Of a DNA stretch of 64,000 bases, positions 58,138 to 64,000 are shown in pieces. Source of the stretch: Candidatus Oxydemutator sp. (GTDB lineage Bacteria > Pseudomonadota > Gammaproteobacteria > Poriferisulfidales > Oxydemutatoraceae); contig OZ241883.1 of NCBI GenBank assembly GCA_965203445.1, positions 288,001 to 352,000 on the forward strand, written 5' to 3'. Made by a program: the position numbers and the translations under genes. The notes beneath the pieces were generated by a model. It saw only the letters and a program-made list of their open reading frames with translations. It made no database searches and had not been told where the DNA came from. How positions within the stretch are numbered: the first letter of the stretch is position 1; each line of letters begins with the position of its first letter.

Positions 58138-59427
58138 ATGGAACCGCGCTATTCCAACGTCTTTATCGTGGATGGCGTGCGTACGCCGATATTGAAGGCG
58201 CGCGGCAGGCCGGGGCCCTTCTCCTCGGGCGATCTCGCGGTGGCGGCGGGACGCGCGCTGTTGTTGCGCGCCGGCGTCGGCGGCGACGCGCCCGACGAGG
58301 TGGTGCTCGGTTGCGTGATGCCGGGCGCCGACGAGGCCAACGTCGCGCGCGTGGCGGCGCTGCGTATCGGCGTCGCCGAGTCGGTGCCGGCGTGGAGCGT
58401 GCAGCGCAACTGCGCGTCGGGCATGCAGGCGCTGGACGCCGCCGCCGCGCGCATCGAGCGCGGCGCGTCGCAACTGGTGCTGGCCGGCGGCGTCGAGGCG
58501 ATGAGCCGCGCGCCGCTGTTGCTCGACGAGCAGGCGCTCCACTGGCTCGCCGATTGGCGCGGGGCAAAAAATCCGGCGGCGCGTATCCGGCATCTGGCGC
58601 GCCTGCGCCCGCGCCATTTCAAGCCGGTAATCGCGCTGCTGCGCGGCCTGACCGATCCGATTGTCGGCATGTCCATGGGCCAGACCGCCGAGAAAATCTC
58701 GCGGCGCTTCCGGATAGGCCGCGAGGACATGGACCGTTTCGCGCTGCGCAGCCACGAGCGCCTGGCGCGCGCCGTCGCACGCGGTCGTTTCACTGATGAA
58801 ATCGAACCGCTCTATTGCGAACAAGGCGCGCTCGAGTACGACGACGGACTGCGCAAAGACACCGACGCGGCGAAGCTTGCGGCGCTGCAACCGGCGTTCG
58901 AGCCGCTGTCCGGCAACGTCACCGCGGGCAACAGCGCGCAAGTCAGCGACGGCGCCGCGTGGTTGCTGCTGGCGTCGGAGGCGGCGCTCGAAAAACACAA
59001 GCTGCAAGCGCGCGGGCGCATCGTCGCGGTCGAGTGGGCCGCGCTCGACCCGTCGCAGATGGGGCTGGGGCCGGTGCACGCCGCCGGGCGCCTGCTCAAA
59101 CGTCTCGGGCTTACGCCGCACGACGTGGACTACTGGGAGATCAACGAGGCGTTCGCCGGCCAGGTGCTGGCGTGTCTCGCGGCGTTTGCGGACGAGGACT
59201 ACTGCCGCAACGTGGTCGGTCTTGAACGCGCAATCGGACCACTAGACGAAGAGCGCCTGAACGTGGACGGCGGCGCGATCGCGTGCGGACATCCGGTCGG
59301 GATGAGCGGCGCGCGCATCGTGCTGCACGCGCTCAACGTGTTGCGGCGCACCGGCGGGCGACGCGCGTTGGCGACGCTGTGCATCGGCGGCGGCCAGGGC
59401 GGCGCGTTGTTGGTCGAGGCCGTCTGA
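58138..59427 (+). CDS. fadI: Acetyl-CoA C-acyltransferase (thiolase), FadI-like
   Basis: VQRNCASG, NEAFA, GHPVGMSG, LCIGGGQG. Confidence 0.88.
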   Translation: MEPRYSNVFIVDGVRTPILKARGRPGPFSSGDLAVAAGRALLLRAGVGGDAPDEVVLGCVMPGADEANVARVAALRIGVAESVPAWSVQRNCASGMQALDAAAARIERGASQLVLAGGVEAMSRAPLLLDEQALHWLADWRGAKNPAARIRHLARLRPRHFKPVIALLRGLTDPIVGMSMGQTAEKISRRFRIGREDMDRFALRSHERLARAVARGRFTDEIEPLYCEQGALEYDDGLRKDTDAAKLAALQPAFEPLSGNVTAGNSAQVSDGAAWLLLASEAALEKHKLQARGRIVAVEWAALDPSQMGLGPVHAAGRLLKRLGLTPHDVDYWEINEAFAGQVLACLAAFADEDYCRNVVGLERAIGPLDEERLNVDGGAIACGHPVGMSGARIVLHALNVLRRTGGRRALATLCIGGGQGGALLVEAV

Positions 59428-61484
59428 TGAGCGCGGAACGGGACACACCGGGACACGACCCGCGCCACTGGCAGGTGCGACGCGAGGCCGGCGGCATCGT
59501 CGCGTTGACGCTCGACCACGCCGAGCGTTCGGCGAACGTGCTCGACGGCGAAGTGTTGAGCGAGTTTGCCGCGCTGCTCGGCGAGTTTGAGCGCGAGGTT
59601 CCGGCGGGCGTCCTGATCCGATCCGGCAAGGACAACGGTTTTTTGGCGGGCGCCGACGTCGGCGAGTTCGCCCACTTGGGCACGCGCGAACGGGCGCTCG
59701 ACAAACTGCACGCCGGACAAGAGCTGATGGATCGTCTCGAAGCGCTGCGGTGCCCGACGCTGGCGCTGATTCATGGATTTTGCGCCGGCGGCGGCCTGGA
59801 GCTGGCGCTCGCCTGCGACTACCGCGTCGTCGAAGACGCGCCGCAATGCCGTCTGAGCCTGCCCGAGGTGCGCTTGGGGATTCATCCGGGTTACGGCGGC
59901 AGCGTGCGCCTGCCGCGCCTGATAGGCGACGTGCCCGCCTTGCGCCTGATGCTGTCGGGCGCCGCGGTCGGCGCGTGGCGGGCAAAACGCATCGGGCTGG
60001 CCGACCACGTAACGCGCCGCGACGCCCTTACGGCGGCGGCGTTGGCCATGCTGCGGCAAAAGCCGCCGCCGCGCGCCGCGCCGCGTCTGCGGCGCATTCC
60101 GAAGATCCCGCTGCTGCGCCGCGGCATCGCGTTCTTCATCGGCCGCTCGCTTGCAAAACGCGTCGACCGGCGACACTATCCGGCGCCGTGGCGCCTGCTG
60201 AGGTCGTGGTGCGAGGCACGCGGGAACCAGGCGCGACAAACGCGGGCCGAGGCCGACTCGGTCGCGTCGCTGTTCGACTCCCCGAGCACGCGCCAACTGA
60301 TAAGGGTATTCGAGTTGCGCCGGCGTTTGCAGGCGGGCGGCGGACAAGACGTGCACCGCAAGGGCCCGCGGGCGGTGCACGTGATCGGCGCCGGCACGAT
60401 GGGCGGCGACATCGCGGCGTGGTGCGCGCTCAACGGCCACGACGTAACCCTGCAGGACCGCGAAGCCCGTCTGATCGCGCCGGCGATGGCGCGCGCGCGC
60501 CGCTTGTTTGAAAAGAAACTCCGGCAGCAGGCACGCACCGCAATGGAGCGGCTGCTGCCCGACGCACGCGGACGTGGAATCGAGCGCGCCGACGTCGTCA
60601 TCGAGGCCATCGTCGAGGACCTCGACGCCAAGCGCGCGCTGTACGCCGAGGTCGAGGCGCGCATGAAGCCGGAAGGGCTGCTTGCGACCAACACTTCGAG
60701 TCTGCCGCTGGCCGCGCTCGCGCGCGATCTCAAGCGGCGCGAACGCCTCGTCGGCCTGCACTTCTTCAACCCGGTGGCAAAGATGCAGCTGATCGAGGTC
60801 GTACACGGCGACGCGCATGACGACGGGGACGGCGCCCGCTGGCCGGCCGAGGCGGCGGCCTTCGCGCGTTCGATCAGACGCCTGCCGCTGCCGGTGCGCT
60901 CGTCGCCTGGCTTGCTCGTCAACCGCGTGCTGATGCCGTACCTGGCCGAGGCGATGCGCATGCGCGACGAAGGAACCGCGGCCGGAACGATAGACGCGGC
61001 GGCCAGGGAATTCGGGATGCCGATGGGGCCGCTGGAACTCGCCGACGTCATCGGGTTGGACGTCTGCCTGTCGGTCGCCGCGACGTTGCACGACGCATTC
61101 GGGCGGACGCCACCGCAGTCGCTGCGACGGCACGTCGAGAACGGACGCCTGGGGCGCAAGAGCGGACACGGGTTCTACCGCTGGAAAAAAGGCCGCGTGC
61201 GCACGACGCGCGCCAAGCCGAGGCCGAACCGCGACGTGCTCGACCGTCTGATGTTGCCGCTGGTCAACGAGGCAATCGCGTGCCTGCATGAACGACTCGT
61301 CGAAGACGGCGACGTGCTAGACGCCGGCATGATCTTCGGCGCCGGCTTCGCGCCGTTTCGCGGCGGGCCGTTGCAGTACCTGCGCGACAACGACGCCGCC
61401 GCGCAGCTTGCGCGCCTGCGAGACTTGGCCGCGCGCCACGGCGAACGCTTCCGCCCGGCGCCCGGCTGGGACGAATGGACGTAA
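59427..61484 (+). CDS. fadJ: Fatty acid oxidation complex alpha subunit (enoyl-CoA hydratase / 3-hydroxyacyl-CoA dehydrogenase), FadJ-like
   Basis: FLAGAD, GGGLELALAC, LPEV.LG..PG, IGAGTMG, TNTSSL, GLHFFNPV. Confidence 0.88.
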   Translation: MSAERDTPGHDPRHWQVRREAGGIVALTLDHAERSANVLDGEVLSEFAALLGEFEREVPAGVLIRSGKDNGFLAGADVGEFAHLGTRERALDKLHAGQELMDRLEALRCPTLALIHGFCAGGGLELALACDYRVVEDAPQCRLSLPEVRLGIHPGYGGSVRLPRLIGDVPALRLMLSGAAVGAWRAKRIGLADHVTRRDALTAAALAMLRQKPPPRAAPRLRRIPKIPLLRRGIAFFIGRSLAKRVDRRHYPAPWRLLRSWCEARGNQARQTRAEADSVASLFDSPSTRQLIRVFELRRRLQAGGGQDVHRKGPRAVHVIGAGTMGGDIAAWCALNGHDVTLQDREARLIAPAMARARRLFEKKLRQQARTAMERLLPDARGRGIERADVVIEAIVEDLDAKRALYAEVEARMKPEGLLATNTSSLPLAALARDLKRRERLVGLHFFNPVAKMQLIEVVHGDAHDDGDGARWPAEAAAFARSIRRLPLPVRSSPGLLVNRVLMPYLAEAMRMRDEGTAAGTIDAAAREFGMPMGPLELADVIGLDVCLSVAATLHDAFGRTPPQSLRRHVENGRLGRKSGHGFYRWKKGRVRTTRAKPRPNRDVLDRLMLPLVNEAIACLHERLVEDGDVLDAGMIFGAGFAPFRGGPLQYLRDNDAAAQLARLRDLAARHGERFRPAPGWDEWT

Positions 61485-62066
61485 GCGGCGACGCGGTCAC
61501 CGGACGCACGATACCGGAGTTGTTCGAGCGGCGCGACGACGCCGCACGCCGTGGCCTATTTGCAATTCGACACCGACGCCGGGGAATGGCGCCGCTACCG
61601 CTGGAGCGGCGTGCGCGAACTCGCGCGACGCCGCCAGGCGTGGCTGAGAACGTTGGCGCTCGGCGCGGGCGAGCGTGTCGCGCTGATGATGCCAAACGGC
61701 GTCGAATAGGTCGCGTTCGACGTGGCCGCGGCCGGGCTTGGTCTGGTTACGGTGCCGCTGCACGCTGTGGTCGGCGAAGGCCGCCCGTACCCGTCGGTCA
61801 TCGCCGTCCCCGACGCCGAGGGCTGGTGGAGCGCGGCCGCGGACGTCGGCGATTACGCGCGCGCGGAGGCGCGCGCATTCGCGCTAACGCGCATCCGCGA
61901 GCGGCTGTCCTCTTTCCCGGCCTACGCCGAGATCAAAAAAGTCGCGCTGATTGCGCGGCGCTGGAACATGGAAAACGAGCTGCTGACACCGACGCTCAAG
62001 CCGAAACGAAAAGCGATTCTCGCGCGCTACCGAACGCTGGTGAACGAGTTGTACACGGGGCACTGA
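61475..62066 (+). pseudogene. Long-chain fatty-acid-CoA ligase pseudogene
   Basis: N-terminal fragment (TIPELF...GERVALMMPNGVE*VAFD...VPLH) is fused directly to the C-terminal fragment (VVGEGRPY...LLTPTLKPKR). Frameshift at ~61533-61551, in-frame TAG at 61707, AMP-binding core deleted. Confidence 0.85.
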
Positions 62067-62126
62067 GGAACGCCGACGAACGGTCTCGGCCCGCGGAATT
62101 TCTGCTTTTCGACGCACCGCCGCGGT

Positions 62127-63125
62127 TCACGCGCGGGCGGCGGCACGGTGCTTCAGAAACCACGCGCAGGTGTTGGCAATGCCTTCGGCCAGACCAATGC
62201 CGGGGCGCCACCCCAGCTTTTCCATGATCGAAGTATCGAGCAGTTTGCGCGGCGCGCCGTCGGGGCGCCCGGGGTCGAAGACAACGTCGCCCTGGTAACC
62301 GACGGCGGCGCGCACCAGCGACGCGCACTCGGCGATTGTGACCTCGCGTCCCGAACCGACGTTGATATGCGACTGCATCGGCGACGTGCAGGCGTCGTAG
62401 GCTTCGCCGGACAATTCGATAACGTGGACGCAGGCGTCGGCCAGATCGTCCACGTGTAAAAAGTCGCGTTTCGCCTCGCCGGTACCCCATACCTCGAGGC
62501 TAGCCTTCCCGCCCTCCATAGCGTCGACAAAACGGCGAATCAGGCCGGGAATCACGTGACTGTGTTCGGGATGAAAATTGTCACCCGGCCCGTACAGGTT
62601 GGTCGGCATCAGACTGCGGTAGTCGGTCGCGTATTGGCGGTTGTACGACTCGCACAACTTGATGCCGGCGATCTTGGCGACGGCGTACGGCTCGTTGGTC
62701 GGTTCGAGCGCGCCTTGCAGCAGCTCCGACTCGCGCATCGGCTGCGCGGCGAGGCGCGGATAAATACACGAACTGCCGAGGAACAACAAACGCTGGACGC
62801 CGGCGCGCCAGGCTTCGTGGATCACGTTGGCCTCGATCATCAGATTGCGGTAGATGAACTCGGCCGGGTAGGAGTCGTTGGCGTGGATGCCGCCGACGCG
62901 GGCCGCGGCGAGCACCACGCAATCCACCGGGGTGGTCGCAAAAAATTCCCGCACCCGCGATTGTTCGCACAGGTCTAGTTGTTCTCGGTCACGAGTTACG
63001 AGATTGGCGTAGCCGCGCTTTTCGAGACAACGCAGAAGCGCCGAACCGACCATGCCGCGGTGGCCGGCCACGTACACCGCCGCGTTCTTGTCCAAGGCGC
63101 CCCGCGCGGCGGCCGTTTCAGGCAT
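62127..63125 (-). CDS. fcl: GDP-L-fucose synthase
   Basis: [52 protein letters not shown]. Confidence 0.96.
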   Translation of the reverse strand: MPETAAARGALDKNAAVYVAGHRGMVGSALLRCLEKRGYANLVTRDREQLDLCEQSRVREFFATTPVDCVVLAAARVGGIHANDSYPAEFIYRNLMIEANVIHEAWRAGVQRLLFLGSSCIYPRLAAQPMRESELLQGALEPTNEPYAVAKIAGIKLCESYNRQYATDYRSLMPTNLYGPGDNFHPEHSHVIPGLIRRFVDAMEGGKASLEVWGTGEAKRDFLHVDDLADACVHVIELSGEAYDACTSPMQSHINVGSGREVTIAECASLVRAAVGYQGDVVFDPGRPDGAPRKLLDTSIMEKLGWRPGIGLAEGIANTCAWFLKHRAAARA

Positions 63126-64000
63126 TTCCGCCCGCCGACCGTTCGCGCCGCGCAAGCTCGAGGTCGTGCTCGACCATCTCCGCCACCAGTTCGTCGAAGG
63201 TCACTTTCGGGCGCCAGCCGAGCCGCTCTCGCGCCAGCGTCGCGTCGCCACGTAAGCTGTCCACTTCGGCGGGGCGGAAATAACGCCGCTCAACGCGCAC
63301 GATCACACGCCCGTCGGCGTCCACCCCCTGCTCGTCGAGTCCTTTCCCCCGCCAGTTGACGCGCACGTCCAATTTGCGCGCCGCGGCCTCCAGAAACTCG
63401 CGCACCGAGCGTTGCTCGCCGGTCGCGAGCACCAGGTCCCGCGGCTCGTCCTGCTGCAACATCAGCCACTGGCCCTCGACGTAATCGCGCGCGTGGCCCC
63501 AGTCGCGGCGCGCGTCGAGGTTGCCGACATAGAGACACCTCTGCAAACCGAGCTTGATACGCGCCAGGGCCCTGGTGATCTTGCGGGTGACGAAAGTCGC
63601 GCCGCGCATCGGCGACTCGTGGTTGAAAAGGATGCCGTTGCAGGCGAACAGGCCATACGCCTCGCGGTAAATCCTGGTAATCCAGTACGCGTACAGCTTG
63701 GCGGCGCCGTACGGCGAACGCGGCTCGAACCGGGTGGCCTCGGTCTGCGGACTTTGCGGGTTGTTGCCGAACATCTCGGAAGTGGAAGCCTGGTAGAAGC
63801 GCGTCTTGTCGCCCAACTGCAACGTGCGTATCGCCTCCAACATGCGCAGCACGCCGACCGCGTCCGAATTCGCGGTGTATTCCGGCTCCTCGAAAGAGAC
63901 CGCGACGTGCGACTGCGCCGCAAGGTTGTAGACCTCGTCGGGCTGCGTCTTTTGCAGGACGTGCATCAGGCTGCTGGCGTCGGTCATGTCGCCGGCGTGC
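63118..64000 (-). CDS. gmd: GDP-mannose 4,6-dehydratase (5' end beyond window)
   Basis: [49 protein letters not shown]. Confidence 0.96.
   Translation of the reverse strand, partial: HAGDMTDASSLMHVLQKTQPDEVYNLAAQSHVAVSFEEPEYTANSDAVGVLRMLEAIRTLQLGDKTRFYQASTSEMFGNNPQSPQTEATRFEPRSPYGAAKLYAYWITRIYREAYGLFACNGILFNHESPMRGATFVTRKITRALARIKLGLQRCLYVGNLDARRDWGHARDYVEGQWLMLQQDEPRDLVLATGEQRSVREFLEAAARKLDVRVNWRGKGLDEQGVDADGRVIVRVERRYFRPAEVDSLRGDATLARERLGWRPKVTFDELVAEMVEHDLELARRERSAGGNA

Noticed and set aside
61707-61709. Programmed TAG readthrough or recoding in the acyl-CoA ligase
   Set aside because: The gene also has a frameshift and lacks its catalytic core, and other genes here use TAG as a normal stop.
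1-64000. Avoidance of GAAGA/TCTTC as support for MboII-like specificity
   Set aside because: The site occurs readily (e.g. 1330, 5011). No depletion is visible by eye, so this gives no support; a formal count was not possible.
1-64000. tRNA, rRNA, riboswitch, integrase or prophage genes
   Set aside because: None recognised. Intergenic gaps are short and lack cloverleaf or known aptamer signatures, though a covariance-model search was not run.

Overview
A 64 kb window from a high-GC Gammaproteobacterium; taxon inferred from gene order and protein families. The mix of giant adhesins, R-M genes, a RiPP precursor and decaying genes suggests a host-associated symbiont, which is inference. The backbone is housekeeping: trpEGDC, rpe, oxyR, purH/purD, rho, trxA, cca, uppP, tas, mutM, ggt, coaD, rsmD, an M16 peptidase pair, ftsY, fadE/fadI/fadJ, fcl and gmd. 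Accessory DNA is inserted into it: (1) a restriction-modification locus with MboII-like paired methyltransferases and a PLD-family nuclease whose C-terminal half resembles the MboII DNA-recognition domain; (2) a GT10 fucosyltransferase abutting the rpe-trp operon; (3) an orphan nitrile-hydratase-leader (proteusin-type) RiPP precursor; (4) a ~17 kb island between coaD and rsmD carrying a 3808-aa modular surface protein with conserved frameworks and highly variable loops, a divergent S8 protease-Calx-beta protein and an orphan methyltransferase; (5) a low-GC two-gene islet plus endonuclease I inside the fad cluster. There is also a collapsed acyl-CoA ligase pseudogene. Many genes have a -10 hexamer 5-9 nt before the start codon and no clear Shine-Dalgarno, suggesting frequent leaderless transcription. 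I found no rRNA, tRNA, CRISPR array, integrase, transposase or reverse transcriptase. All family calls come from motif recognition by eye; no database searches were run.
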